Position numbers and translations under genes: made by a program | DNA from: Eledone cirrhosa | Taxonomy: Eukaryota | DNA length: 64,000 nucleotides | Assembly: GCA_964016885.1 (NCBI GenBank) | Contig: OZ024747.1 | Span: 35,216,001 to 35,280,000 of the forward strand | Direction of reading: 5' to 3' | The notes under the pieces: model-generated | Told to the model about the DNA's origin: nothing | Seen by the model: the letters and a program-made list of their open reading frames with translations, nothing else | Database searches by the model: none | Shown here: positions 41,561 through 57,700 of the stretch, piece by piece | How the letters are laid out: each line of letters starts with the position of its first letter | Position numbering within the stretch: position 1 is the stretch's first letter

Positions 41561-44500
41561 TACTCCAGTATCACTGTTACTGCAACACAAATAAACTAAT
41601 GTCTTTACTCCAGTATCACTGTTACTGCAACACAAATAAACTAATGTCTTTACTCCAGTATCACTGTTACTGCAACACAAATAAACTAATGTCTTTACTC
41701 CAGTATCACTGTTAATGCAACACAAATAAACTAATGTCTTTACTCCAGTATCACTGTTACTGCAACACAAATATACTAATGTCTTTACTCCAGTATCACT
41801 GTTACTGCAACACAAATAAACTAATGTCTTTACTCCAGTATCATTGTTATTGCAACACAAATAAACTAATGTCTTTACTCCAGTATCACTGTTACTGCAA
41901 CACAAATAAACTAATGTCTTTGCTCCAGTATCACTATTACTAAAACACAAATAAACTAATGTATTTGCTCCAGTATCACTGTTACTGCAACACATATAAA
42001 TTAATGTCTTTCCTCCAGTATCACTGTTACTGCAGCACAACTAATCTAATGTCTTTACTCCAGTATCACTGTTACTGCAACACAAATAAACTAATGTCTT
42101 TACTCCAGTATCACTGTTACTGCAACACAAATAAACTAATGTCTTTGCTCCAGTATCACTATTACTAAAACACAAATAAACTAATGTATTTGCTCCAGTA
42201 TCACTGTTACTGCAACACAAATAAACTAATGTCTTTACTCCAGTATCACTATTACTGCAACACAAATAAACTAATGTCTTTGCTCCAGTATCACTATTAC
42301 TAAAACACAAATAAACTAATGTATTTGCTCCAGTAACACTGTTACTGCAACACAAATAAATTAATGTCTTTCCTCCAGTATCACTGTTACTGCAGCACAA
42401 ATAAACTAATGTCTTTACTCCAGTATCACTGTTACTGCAACACAAATAAACTAATGTCTTTACTCCAGTATCACTGTTACTGCAACACAAATAAACTAAT
42501 GTCTTTGCTCCAGTATCACTATTACTAAAACACAAATAAACTAATGTCATTGCTCCAGTATCACTGTTATTGCAACACAAATAAACTAATGTCTTTACTC
42601 CAGTATCACTGTTACTGCAACATAAATAAACTAATGTCTTTACTCCAGTATCACTGTTACTGCAACACAAATAAACTAATGTCATTGCTCCAGTATCACT
42701 GTTACTGCAACACAAATAATCTAATGTCTTTGCTCCAGTATCACTATTACTAAAACACAAATAAACTAATGTATTTGCTCCAGTATCACTGTTACTGCAA
42801 CACAAATAAATTAATGTCTTTCCTCCAGTATAACTGTTACTGCAGCACAAATAATCTAATGTCTTTACTCCAGTATCACTGTTACTGCAACACAAATAAA
42901 CTAACGTCTTTACTCCAGTATCACTGTTACTGCAACACAAATAAACTAATGTCTTTGCTCCAGTATCACTATTACTAAAACACAAATAAACTAATGTATT
43001 TGCTCCAGTATCACTGTTACTGCAACACAAATAAACTAATGTCTTTACTCCAGTATCACTATTACTGCAACACAAATAAACTAATGTCTTTGCTCCAGTA
43101 TCACTATTACTAAAACACAAATAAACTAATGTATTTGCTCCAGTATCACTGTTACTGCAACACAAATAAATTAATCTCTTTCCTCCAGTATCACTGTTAC
43201 TGCAGCACAAATAAACTAATGTCTTTACTCCAGTATCACTGTTACTGCAACACAAATAAACTAATGTCTTTACTCCAGTATCACTGTTACTGCAACACAA
43301 ATAAACTAATGTCTTTGCTCCAGTATCACTATTACTAAAACACAAATAAACTAATGTCATTGCTCCAGTATCACTGTTATTGCAACACAAATAAACTAAT
43401 GTCTTTACTCCAGTATCACTGTTACTGCAACATAAATAAACTAATGTCGTTACTCCAGTATCACTGTTACTGCAACACAAATAAACTAATGTCATTGCTC
43501 CAGTATCACTGTTACTGAAACACAAATAAACTAAAGTCTTTGCTCCAGTATCACTGTTACTGCAACACAAATAAACTAATGTCTTTACTCCAGTATCACT
43601 ATTACTAAAACAAATAAACTAATGTCATTGCTCCAGTATCACTATTACTGCAACACAAATATACTAATGTCTTTACTCCAGTATCACTGTTACTGAAACA
43701 CAAATAAACTAATGTCTTTACTCCAGTATCGCTGTTACTGCAGCACAAATAAATTAATGTCTTTCCTCCAGTATCACTGTTACTGCAGCACAAATAAACT
43801 AATGTACTTACTCCAGTATCACTGTTACTGCAACACAAATAAACCAATGTATTTACTCCAGTATCACTGTTACTGCAACACAAATAAACTAATGTCTTTA
43901 CTCCAGTATCACTGATACTGCAACACAAATAAACTAAGGTCTTTGCTCCAGTATCACTGTTACTGCAGCACAAATAAACTAATGTCTTTACTCCAGTATC
44001 ACTGTTACTGCAACACAAATAAACTAATGTATTTACTCCAGTATCACTGTTACTGCAACACAAATAAACTAATGTCTGTACACCAGTATCACTGATACTG
44101 CAACACAAATAAACTAAGGTCTTTGCTCTAGTATCACTGTTACTGCAGCACAAATAAACTAATGTCTTTACTCCAGTATCACTGTTATTGCAACACAAAT
44201 AATCTAATGTCTTTACTCCAGTATGACTGTTACTGCTACACAAATAAACTAATGTCTTTGCTCCAGTATCACTATTACTAAAACACAAATAAACTAATGT
44301 ATTTGCTCCAGTATCACTGTTACTGCAACACAAATAAACTAACGTCTTTACTCCAGTATCACTGTTACTGCAACACAAATAAACTAATGTATTTACTCCA
44401 GTATCACTGCCACTGCAACACAAATAAACTAATGTCTTTACTCCAGTATCGCTGTTACTACAGCACAAATAAACTAATGTCTTTACTCCAGTATCACTAT

Positions 44501-46300
44501 TACTGCAACACAAATAAACTAATGTCTTTGCTCCAGTATCACTGTTACTGCAGCACGAATAAACTAATGTATTTACTCCAGTATCACTATTACTAAAACA
44601 CAAATAAACTAATGTTTTTGCTCCAGTATCACTGTTACTGCAGCACGAATAAACTAATGTATTTACTCCAGTATCACTATTACGGCAACACAAATAAACT
44701 AAGGTCTTTGCTGCAGTATCACTGTTACTGCAGCACAAATAATCTAATGTCTTTACTCCAGTATGACTGTTACTGCAACACAAATAAACTAATGTCTTTA
44801 CTCCAGTATCACTATTACTAAAACACAATTAAACTAACGTATTTGCTCCAGTATCACTTTTACTGCAACACAAATAAACTAATGTCTTTGCTCCAGTATC
44901 ACTGTTACTGCAACACAAATAAATTAATGTCTTTGCTCCAGTATCACTATTACTGCAACACAAATAAACTAATGTCTTTGCTCCAGTATCACTATTACTG
45001 CAACACAAATAAACTAATGTCATTGCTCCAATATTACTATTACTGCAACACAAATAAACTAACGTCTTTACTCCAGTATCACTATTACTGCAACACAAAT
45101 AAACTAATGTCTTTACTCCAGTATCACTGTTACTGCAACACAAATAAACTAATGTCTTTACTCCAGTATCACTGTTACTGCAACACAAATAAACTAATGT
45201 CTTTACTCCAGTATCACTGTTACTGCAACACAAATAAACTAATGTCTTTACTCCAGTATCACTGTTACTGCAACACAAATAAACCAATGTCTTTACTCCA
45301 GTATCACTGTTAATGCAACACAAATAAACTAATGTCTTTACTCCAGTATCACTGTTACTGCAACACAAATATACTAATGTCTTTACTCCAGTATCACTGT
45401 TACTGCAACACAAATAAACTAATGTCTTTACTCCAGTATCATTGTTATTGCAACACAAATAAACTAATGTCTTTACTCCAGTATCACTGTTACTGCAACA
45501 CAAATAAACTAATGTCTTTGCTCCAGTATCACTATTACTAAAACACAAATAAACTAATGTATTTGCTCCAGTATCACTGTTACTGCAACACATATAAATT
45601 AATGTCTTTCCTCCAGTATCACTGTTACTGCAGCACAACTAATCTAATGTCTTTACTCCAGTATCACTGTTACTGCAACACAAATAAACTAATGTCTTTA
45701 CTCCAGTATCACTGTTACTGCAACACAAATAAACTAATGTGTTTGCTCCAGTATCACTATTACTAAAACACAAATAAACTAATGTATTTGCTCCAGTATC
45801 ACTGTTACTGCAACACAAATAAACTAATGTCTTTACTCCAGTATCACTATTACTGCAACACAAATAAACTAATGTCTTTGCTCCAGTATCACTATTACTA
45901 AAACACAAATAAACTAATGTATTTGCTCCAGTAACACTGTTACTGCAACACAAATAAATTAATGTCTTTCCTCCAGTATCACTGTTACTGCAGCACAAAT
46001 AAACTAATGTCTTTACTCCAGTATCACTGTTACTGCAACACAAATAAACTAATGTCTTTACTCCAGTATCACTGTTACTGCAACACAAATAAACTAATGT
46101 CTTTGCTCCAGTATCACTATTACTAAAACACAAATAAACTAATGTCATTGCTCCAGTATCACTGTTATTGCAACACAAATAAACTAATGTCTTTACTCCA
46201 GTATCACTGTTACTGCACCATAAATAAACTAATGTCTTTACTCCAGTATCACTGTTACTGCAACACAAATAAACTAATGTCATTGCTCCAGTATCACTGT
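39650..46300. repeat. Duplication at offset 3598 bp (80 monomers minus 2 bp): about 39.65-42.7 kb and 43.25-46.3 kb
   Basis: ORF pairs 40007/43605, 41231/44829, 41734/45332, 41959/45557 and 42041/45639. The second copy has several private substitutions, near 44082, 44391, 44859, 45285, 45741 and 46218. Confidence 0.87.
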
Positions 46301-49300
46301 TACTGAAACACAAATAAACTAAAGTCTTTGCTCCAGTATCACTGTTACTGCAACACAAATAAACTAATGTCTTTACTCCAGTATCACTATTACTAAAACA
46401 AATAAACTAATGTCATTGCTCCAGTATCACTATTACTGCAACACAAATATACTAATGTCTTTACTCCAGTATCACTGTTACTGAAACACAAATAAACAAA
46501 TGTCTTTACTCCAGTATCACTGTTACTGCAGCACAAATAAACTAATGTCTTTACTCCAGTATCACAGTTACTGCAGCACAAATAAACTAATGTCTTTACT
46601 CAAGTGTCACTGTTACTGCAACACAAATAAACTAATGTCTTTACTCCAGTATCACTGCCACTGCAACACAAATAAACTAATATCTTTACTCCAGTATCGC
46701 TGTTACTGCAGCACAAATAAATTAATGTCTTTCCTCCAGTATCACTGTTACTGCAGCACAAATAAACTAATGTATTTACTCCAGTATCACTGTTACTGCA
46801 ACACAAATAAACCAATGTATTTACTCCAGTATCACTGTTACTGCAACACAAATAAACTAATGTCTTTACTCCAGTATCACTGATACTGCAACACAAATAA
46901 ACTAAGGTCTTTGCTCCAGTATCACTGTTACTGCAGCACAAATAAACTAATGTCTTTACTCCAGTATCACTGTTACTGCAACACAAATAAACTAATGTAT
47001 TTACTCCAGTATCACTGTTACTGCAACACAAATAAACTAATGTCTGTACTCCAGTATCACTGATACTGCAACACAAATAAACTAAGGTCTTTGCTCCAGT
47101 ATCACTTGTACTGCGGCACAAATAAACTAATGTCTTTACTCCAGTATCACTGTTATTGCAACACAAATAATCTAATGTCTTTACTCCAGTATGACTGTTA
47201 CTGCTACACAAATAAACTAATGTCTTTGCTCCAGTATCACTATTACTAAAACACAAATAAACTAATGTATTTGCTCCAGTATCACTGTCACTGCAACACA
47301 AATAAACTAACGTCTTTACTCCAGTATCACTGTTACTGCAACACAAATAAACTAACGTCGTTACTCCAGTATCACTGTTACTGCAACACAAATAAACTAA
47401 TGTCTTTACTCCAGTATCACTGATACTGCAACACAAATAAACTAATGTCTTTACTCCAGTATCACTGATACTGCAACACAAATAAACTAATGTCTTTACT
47501 CCAGTATCACTGTTACTGCAACACAAATAAACTAATGTCTTTACTCCAGTATCACTGTTAATGCAACACAAATAAACTAATGTCTTTACTCCAGTATTAC
47601 TGTTACTGCAACACAAATAAACTAATGTCTTTGCTCCAGTATCACTATTACTAAAACACAAATAAACTAATGTATTTGCTCCAGTATCACTGTGACTGCA
47701 ACACAAATAATCTAACGTTTTTACTCCAGTATCACTATTACTAAAACACAAATAAACTAATGTTTTTGCTCCAGTATCACTGTTACTGCAGCACGAATAA
47801 ACTAATGTATTTACTCCAGTATCACTATTACGGCAACACAAATAAACTAAGGTCTTTGCTGCAGTATCACTGTTACTGCAGCACAAATAATCTAATGTCT
47901 TTACTCCAGTATGACTGTTACTGCAACACAAATAAACTAATGTCTTTACTCCAGTATCACTATTACTATAACACAAATAAACTAACGTATTTGCTCCAGT
48001 ATCACTGTTACTGCAACACAAATAAACTAATGTCTTTGCTCCAGTATCACTGTTACTGCAACACAAATAAACTAATGTCTTTGCTCCAGTATTGCTGTTA
48101 CTGCAACACAAATAAACTAATGTCTTTACTCCAGTATCACTATTACTGCAACACAAATAAACTAAAGTCTTTGCTCCAATATCACTGTTACTGCAACACA
48201 AATAAACTAATGTCATTGCTCCAGTATCACTATTACTGCAACACAAATAAACTAATGTCATTGCTCCAGTATTACTATTACTGCAACACAAATAAACTAA
48301 TGTCTTTGCTCCAGTATCACTATTACTGCAACACAAATAAATTAATGTCATTGCTCCAGTATTACTATTACTGCAACACAAATAAACTAATGTCTTTGCT
48401 CCAGTATCACTGTTACTGCAACACAAATAAACTAATGTCATTGCTCCAATATTACTATTACTGCAACACAAATAAACAAACGTCTTTACTCCAGTATCAC
48501 TATTACTGCAACACAAATAAACTAATGACTTTACTCCAGTATCACTGTTACTGCAACACAAATAAACTAATGTCTTTACTCCAGTATCACTGTTACTGCA
48601 ACACAAATAAACTAATGTCTTTACTCCAGTATCACTGTTACTGCAACACAAATAAACTAATGTCTTTACTCCAGTATCACTGTTACTGCAACACAAATAA
48701 ACTAATGTCTTTGCTCCAGTATCACTATTACTAAAACACAAATAAACTAATGTATTTGCTCCAGTATCACTGTTACTGCAACACAAATAAACTAATGTCC
48801 TTACTCCAGTATCACTGTTACTGCAACACAAATAAACTAATGTCTTTGCTCCAGTATCACTATTACTAAAACACAAATAAACTAATGTATTTGCTCCAGT
48901 ATCACTGTTACTGCAACACAAATAAATTAATGTCTTTCCTCCAGTATCACTGTTACTGCAGCACAAATAAACTAATGTCTTTACTCCAGTATCACTGTTA
49001 CTGCAACACAAATAAACTAATGTCTTTACTCCAGTATCACTGTTACTGCAACACAAATAAACTAATGTCTTTGCTCCAGTATCACTATTACTAAAACACA
49101 AATAAACTAATGTCATTGCTCCAGTATCACTGTTATTGCAACACAAATAAACTAATGTCTTTACTCCAGTATCACTGCTACTGCAACATAAATAAACTAA
49201 TGTCTTTACTCCAGTATCACTGTTACTGCAACACAAATAGACTAATGTCATTGCTCCAGTATCACTGTTACTGAAACACAAATAAACTAAAGTCTTTGCT

Positions 49301-49380
49301 CCAGTATCACTGTTACTGCAACACAAATAAACTAATGTCTTTACTCCAGTATCACTATTACTAAAACACAAATAAACTAA

Positions 49381-52170
49381 CGTCATTGCTCCAGTATCAC
49401 TATTACTGCAACACAAATATACTAATGTCTTTACTCGAGTATCACTGTTACTGCAACACAAATAAACTAATGTCTTTACTCCAGTATCACTGTTACTGCA
49501 GCACAAATAAACTAATGTCTTTTCTCCAGTATCACAGTTACTGCAGCACAAATAAACTAATATCTTTACTCCAGTGTCACTGTTACTGCAACACAAATAA
49601 ACTAATGTCTTTACTCCAGTATCACTGATACTGCAACACAAATAAACTAATGTCTTTACTCCAGTATCACTGATACTGCAACACAAATAAACTAATGTCT
49701 TTACTCCAGTATCACTGTTACTGCAACACAAATAAACTAATGTCTTTACTCCAGTATCACTGTTAATGCAACACAAATAAACTAATGTCTTTACTCCAGT
49801 ATTACTGTTACTGCAACACAAATAAACTAATGTCTTTGCTCCAGTATCACTATTACTAAAACACAAATAAACTAATGTATTTGCTCCAGTATCACTGTGA
49901 CTGCAACACAAATAATCTAATGTATTTACTCCAGTATCACTATTACTAAAACACAAATAAACTAATGTTTTTGCTCCAGTATCACTGTTACTGCAGCACG
50001 AATAAACTAATGTATTTACTCCAGTATCACTATTACGGCAACACAAATAAACTAAGGTCTTTGCTGCAGTATCACTGTTACTGCAGCACAAATAATCTAA
50101 TGTCTTTACTCCAGTATGACTGTTACTGCAACACAAATAAACTAATGTCTTTACTCCAGTATCACTATTACTAAAACACAAATAAACTAACGTATTTGCT
50201 CCAGTATCACTGTTACTGCAACACAAATAAACTAATGTCTTTGCTCCAGTATCACTGTTACTGCAACACAAATAAACTAATGTCTTTTCTCCAGTATTGC
50301 TGTTACTGCAACACAAATAAACTAATGTATTTACTCCAGTATCACTATTACTGCAACACAAATAAACTAAAGTCTTTGCTCCAGTATCACTGTTACTGCA
50401 ACACAAATAAACTAATGTCATTGCTCCAGTATCACTATTACTGCAACACAAATAAACTAATGTCATTGCTCCAGTATTACTATTACTGCAACACAAATAA
50501 ACTAATGTCTTTGCTCCAGTATCACTGTTACTGCAACACAAATAAATTAATGTATTTGCTCCAGTATCACTATTACTGCAACACAAATAAACTAATGTCT
50601 TTGCTCCAGTATCACTATTACTGCAACACAAATAAATTAATGTCATTGCTCCAGTATTACTATTACTGCAACACAAATAAACTAATGTCTTTGCTCCAGT
50701 ATCACTGTTACTGCAACACAAATAAACTAATGTCATTGCTCCAATATTACTATTACTGCAACACAAATAAACTAACGTCATTGCTCCAGTATCACTATTA
50801 CTGCAACACAAATATACTAATGTCTTTACTCGAGTATCACTGTTACTGCAACACAAATAAACTAATGTCTTTACTCCAGTATCACTGTTACTGCAGCACA
50901 AATAAACTAATGTCTTTTCTCCAGTATCACAGTTACTGCAGCACAAATAAACTAATATCTTTACTCCAGTGTCACTGTTACTGCAACACAAATAAACTAA
51001 TGTCTTTACTCCAGTATCACTGATACTGCAACACAAATAAACTAATGTCTTTACTCCAGTATCACTGATACTGCAACACAAATAAACTAATGTCTTTACT
51101 CCAGTATCACTGTTACTGCAACACAAATAAACTAATGTCTTTACTCCAGTATCACTGTTAATGCAACACAAATAAACTAATGTCTTTACTCCAGTATTAC
51201 TGTTACTGCAACACAAATAAACTAATGTCTTTGCTCCAGTATCACTATTACTAAAACACAAATAAACTAATGTATTTGCTCCAGTATCACTGTGACTGCA
51301 ACACAAATAATCTAATGTATTTACTCCAGTATCACTATTACTAAAACACAAATAAACTAATGTTTTTGCTCCAGTATCACTGTTACTGCAGCACGAATAA
51401 ACTAATGTATTTACTCCAGTATCACTATTACGGCAACACAAATAAACTAAGGTCTTTGCTGCAGTATCACTGTTACTGCAGCACAAATAATCTAATGTCT
51501 TTACTCCAGTATGACTGTTACTGCAACACAAATAAACTAATGTCTTTACTCCAGTATCACTATTACTAAAACACAAATAAACTAACGTATTTGCTCCAGT
51601 ATCACTGTTACTGCAACACAAATAAACTAATGTCTTTGCTCCAGTATCACTGTTACTGCAACACAAATAAACTAATGTCTTTTCTCCAGTATTGCTGTTA
51701 CTGCAACACAAATAAACTAATGTATTTACTCCAGTATCACTATTACTGCAACACAAATAAACTAAAGTCTTTGCTCCAGTATCACTGTTACTGCAACACA
51801 AATAAACTAATGTCATTGCTCCAGTATCACTATTACTGCAACACAAATAAACTAATGTCATTGCTCCAGTATTACTATTACTGCAACACAAATAAACTAA
51901 TGTCTTTGCTCCAGTATCACTGTTACTGCAACACAAATAAATTAATGTATTTGCTCCAGTATCACTATTACTGCAACACAAATAAACTAATGTCTTTGCT
52001 CCAGTATCACTATTACTGCAACACAAATAAATTAATGTCATTGCTCCAGTATTACTATTACTGCAACACAAATAAACTAATGTCTTTGCTCCAGTATCAC
52101 TGTTACTGCAACACAAATAAACTAATGTCATTGCTCCAATATTACTATTACTGCAACACAAATAAACTAA
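49381..52170. repeat. Tandem duplication of a 1395-bp block (31 monomers): 49381-50775 and 50776-52170
   Basis: ORF pairs 49965/51360 and 50196/51591 are offset by 1395. The rare variants CTCGAG, CTTTTCTCC, CTGTGACTG and TATTGCTG occur in the same order in both copies. Confidence 0.9.
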
Positions 52171-54789
52171 CGTCTTTACTCCAGTATCACTATTACTGCA
52201 ACACAAATAAACTAATGTCTTTACTCCAGTATCACTGTTACTGCAACACAAATAAACTAATGTCTTTACTCCAGTATCACTGTTACTGCAACACAAATAA
52301 ACTAATGTCTTTACTCCAGTATCACTGTTACTACAACACAAATAAACTAATGTCTTTACTCCAGTATCACTGTTACTGCAACACAAATAAACTAATGTCT
52401 TTGCTCCAGTATCACTATTACTAAAACACAAATAAACTAATGTATTTGCTCCAGTATCACTGTTACTGCAACACAAATAAACTAATGTCTTTACTCCAGT
52501 ATCACTGTTACTGCAACACAAATAAACTAATGTCTTTACTCCAGTATCACTGTTACTGCAACACAAATAAACTAATGTCTTTACTCCAGTATCACTGTTA
52601 CTGCAACACAAATAAACTAATGTCTTTGCTCCAGTATCACTATTACTAAAACACAAATAAACTAATGCCATTGCTCCAGTATCACTGTTATTGCAACACA
52701 AATAAACTAATGTCTTTACTCCAGTATCACTGTTACTGCAACATAAATAAACTAATGTCTTTACTCCAGTATCACTGTTACTGCAACACAAATAGACTAA
52801 TGTCATTGCTCCAGTATCACTGTTACTGAAACACAAATAAACTAAAGTCTTTGCTCCAGTATCACTGTTACTGCAACACAAATAAACTAATGTCTTTACT
52901 CCAGTATCACTATTACTAAAACACAAATAAACTAACGTCATTGCTCCAGTATCACTATTACTGCAACACAAATATACTAATGTCTTTACTCGAGTATCAC
53001 TGTTACTGCAACACAAATAAACTAATGTCTTTACTCCAGTATCACTGTTACTGCAGCACAAATAAACTAATGTCTTTACTCCAGTATCACAGTTACTGCA
53101 GCACAAATAAACTAATATCTTTACTCCAGTGTCACTGTTACTGCAACACAAATAAACTAATGTCTTTACTCCAGTATCACTGCCACTGCAACACAAATAA
53201 ACTAATATCTTTACTCCAGTATCGCTGTTACTGCAGCACAAATAAACTAATGTCTTTACTCCAGTATCACTATTACTGCAACACAAATAAACTAATGTCT
53301 TTGCTCCAGTATCACTGTTACTGCAGCACGAATAAACTAATGTATTTACTCCAGTATCACTGTTACTGCAGCACAAATAAATTAATGTCTTTCCTCCAGT
53401 ATCACTGTTACTGCAGCACAAATAAACTAATGTATGTACTCCAGTATCACTGTTACTGCAACACAAATAAACTAATGTATTTACTCCAGTATCACTGTTA
53501 CTGCAACACAAATAAACTAATGTCTTTACTCCAGTATCACTGATACTGCAACACAAATAAACTAAGGTCTTTGCTCCAGTATCACTGTTACTGCAGCACA
53601 AATAAACTAATGTCTTTACTCCAGTATCACTGTTACTGCAACACAAATAAACTAATGTATTTACTCCAGTATCACTGTTACTGCAACACAAATAAACTAA
53701 TGTCTGTACTCCAGTATCACTGATACTGCAACACAAATAAACTAAGGTCTTTGCTCCAGTATCACTGTTACTGCAGCACAAATAAACTAATGTCTTTACT
53801 CCAGTATCACTGTTATTGCAACACAAATAATCTAATGTCTTTACTCCAGTATGACTGTTACTGCTACACAAATAAACTAATGTCTTTGCTCCAGTATCAC
53901 TATTACTAAAACACAAATAAACTAATGTATTTGCTCCAGTATCACTGTTACTGCAACACAAATAAACTAACGTCTTTACTCCAGTATCACTGTTACTGCA
54001 ACACAAATAAACTAATGTCTTTACTCCAGTATCACTGTTACTGCAACACAAATAAACTAATGTCTTTACTCCAGTATCACTGATACTGCAACACAAATAA
54101 ACTAATGGCTTTACTCCAGTATCACTGTTACTGCAACACAAATAAACTAATGTCTTTACTCCAGTATCACTGTTAATACAACACAAATAAACTAATGTCT
54201 TTACTCCAGTATTACTGTTACTGCAACACAAATAAACTAATGTCTTTGCTCCAGTATCACTATTACTAAAACACAAATAAACTAATGTATTTGCTCCAGT
54301 ATCACTGTGACTGCAACACAAATAATCTAATGTCTTTACTCCAGTATTACTGTTACTGCAACACAAATAAACTAATGTCTTTGCTCCAGTATCACTGTTA
54401 CTGCAACACAAATAAATTAATGTCTTTGCTCCAGTATCACTATTACTGCAACACAAATAAACTAATGTTTTTGCTCCAGTATCACTGTTACTGCAACACA
54501 AATAAATTAATGTCTTTCCTCCAGTATCACTGTTACTGCAGCACAAATAAACTAATGTCTTTACTCCAGTATCACTGTTACTGCAACAAAAATAAACTCA
54601 TGTCTTTACTCCAGTATAACTGTTACTGCAACACAAATAAACTAATGTCTTTACTCCAGTATCACTGTTACTGCAACACAAATAAACTAATGTATTTACT
54701 CCAGTATCACTGTTACTTCAACAAAAATAAACTCATGTCTTTACTCCAGTATCACTGTTACTGCAACACAAATAAACTAATGTCTTTGC

Positions 54790-57700
54790 TCCAGTATCAC
54801 TATTACTAAAACACAAATAAACTAATGTCATTGCTCCAGTATCACTGTTACTGCAACACAAATAAGCTAATGTCTTTACTCCAGTATCACTGTTACTGCA
54901 ACACAAATAAACTAATGGCTTTGTTCCAGTATCACTGTTTCTGCAACATAAATAAACTAATGTCTTTACTCCAGTATCACTGTTACTGCAACACAAATAA
55001 ACTAATGTCGTTGCTCCAGTATCACTGTTACTGAAACACAAATAAACTAATGTCTTTGCTCCAGTATCACTGTTACTGCAACACAAATAAACTAATGTCT
55101 TTACTCCAGTATCACTATTACTAAAACACAAATAAACTAATGTCATTGCTCCAGTATCACTGTTACTGCAACACAAATAAACTAATGTCTTTACTCCAGT
55201 ATCACTATTACTAAAACACAAATAAACTAATGTCTTTACTCGAGTATCACTATTACTGCAACACAAATAAACTAATGTCTTTACTCCAGTATCACTATTA
55301 CTAAAACACAAATAAACTAATGTCATTGCTCCAGTATCACTATTACTGCAACACAAATATACTAATGTCTTTACTCCAGTATCACTGTTACTGCAACCCA
55401 AATAAACTAATGTCTTTACTCCAGTATCACAGTTACTGCAGCACAAATAAACTAATGTCTTTACTCCAGTATCACTGTTACTGCAACACAAATAAACTAA
55501 TGTCTTTGTTCCAGTATCACTGTTACTGCAACACAAATAAACTAATGTCTTTGCTCCAGTATCACTATTACTAAAACACAAATAAACTAATGTCATTGCT
55601 CCAGTATCACTGTTATTGCAACACAAATAAACTAATGTCTTTACTCCAGTATCACTGTTACTGCAACATAAATAAACTAATGTCTTTACTCCAGTATCAC
55701 TGTTACTGCAACACAAATAAACTAATGTATTTGCTCCAGTATCACTGGTACTGCAGCACAAATAAACTAATGTCTTTACTCCAGTGTCACTGTTACTGCA
55801 ACACAAATAAACTAATGTCTTTACTCCAGTATCACTGCCACTGCAACACAAATAAACTAATGTCTTTACTCCAGTATCACTGTTACTGCAGCACAAATAA
55901 ACTAATGTCTTTTCTCCAGTATCACAGTTACTGCAGCACAAATAAACTAATATCTTTACTCCAGTGTCACTGTTACTGCAACACAAATAAACTAATGTCT
56001 TTACTCCAGTATCACTGATACTGCAACACAAATAAACTAATGTCTTTACTCCAGTATCACTATTACTGCAACACAAATAAACTAATGTCTTTGCTCCAGT
56101 ATCACTGTTACTGCAGCACGAATATACTAATGTATTTACTCCAGTATCACTATTACTAAAACACAAATAAACTAATGTTTTTGCTCCAGTATCACTGTTA
56201 CTGCAGCACGAATAAACTAATGTATTTACTCCAGTATCACTATTACGGCAACACAAATAAACTAAGGTCTTTGCTGCAGTATCACTGTTACTGCAGCACA
56301 AATAATCTAATGTCTTTACTCCAGTATGACTGTTACTGCAACACAAATAAACTAATGTCTTTACTCCAGTATCACTATTACTAAAACACAATTAAACTAA
56401 CGTATTTGCTCCAGTATCACTGTTACTGCAACACAAATAAACTAATGTCTTTGCTCCAGTATCACTGTTACTGCAACACAAATAAACTAATGTCATTGCT
56501 CCAGTATCACTATTACTGCAACACAAATAAACTAATGTCATTGCTCCAGTATTACTATTACTGCAACACAAATAAACTAATGTATTTGCTCCAGTATCAC
56601 TGTTACTGCAACACAAATAAATTAATGTCATTGCTCCAGTATCACTATTACTGCAACACAAATAAACTAATGTCTTTGCTCCAGTATCACTATTACTGCA
56701 ACTCAAATAAACTAATGTCATTGCTCCAATATTACTATTACTGCAACACAAATAAACTAACGTCTTTACTCCAGTATCACTATTACTGCAACACAAATAA
56801 ACTAATGTCTTTACTCCAGTATCACTGTTACTGCAACACAAATAAACTAATGTCTTTACTCCAGTATCACTGTTACTGCAACACAAATAAACTAATGTCT
56901 TTACTCCAGTATCACTGTTACTGCAACACAAATAAACTAATGTATTTACTCCAGTATCACTGTTACTGCAACACAAATAAACTAATGTCTTTACTCCAGT
57001 ATCACTGTTAATGCAACACAAATAAACTAATGTCTTTACTCCAGTATCACTGTTACTGCAACACAAATATACTAATGTCTTTACTCCAGTATCACTGTTA
57101 CTGCAACACAAATAAACTAATGTCTTTACTCCAGTATCACTGTTACTGCAACACAAATAAACTAATGTCTTTACTCCAGTATCACTGTTACTGCAACACA
57201 AATAAACTAATGTCTTTGCTCCAGTATCACTATTACTAAAACACAAATAAACTAATGTATTTGCTCCAGTATCACTGTTACTGCAACACAAATAAACTAA
57301 TGTATTTGCTCCAGTATCACTGTTACTGCAACACAAATAAATTAATGTCTTTCCTCCAGTATCACTGTTACTGCAGCACAAATAATCTAATGTCTTTACT
57401 CCAGTATCACTGTTACTGCAACACATATAAACTAATGTCTTTACTCCAGTATCACTGTTACTGCAACACAAATAAACTAATGTCTTTGCTCCAGTATCAC
57501 TATTACTAAAACACAAATAAACTAATGTATTTGCTCCAGTATCACTGTTACTGCAACACAAATAAACTAATGTCTTTACTCCAGTATCACTGTTACTGCA
57601 ACACAAATAAACTAATGTCTTTGCTCCAGTATCACTATTACTAAAACACAAATAAACTAATGTATTTGCTCCAGTATCACTGTTACTGCAACACAAATAA

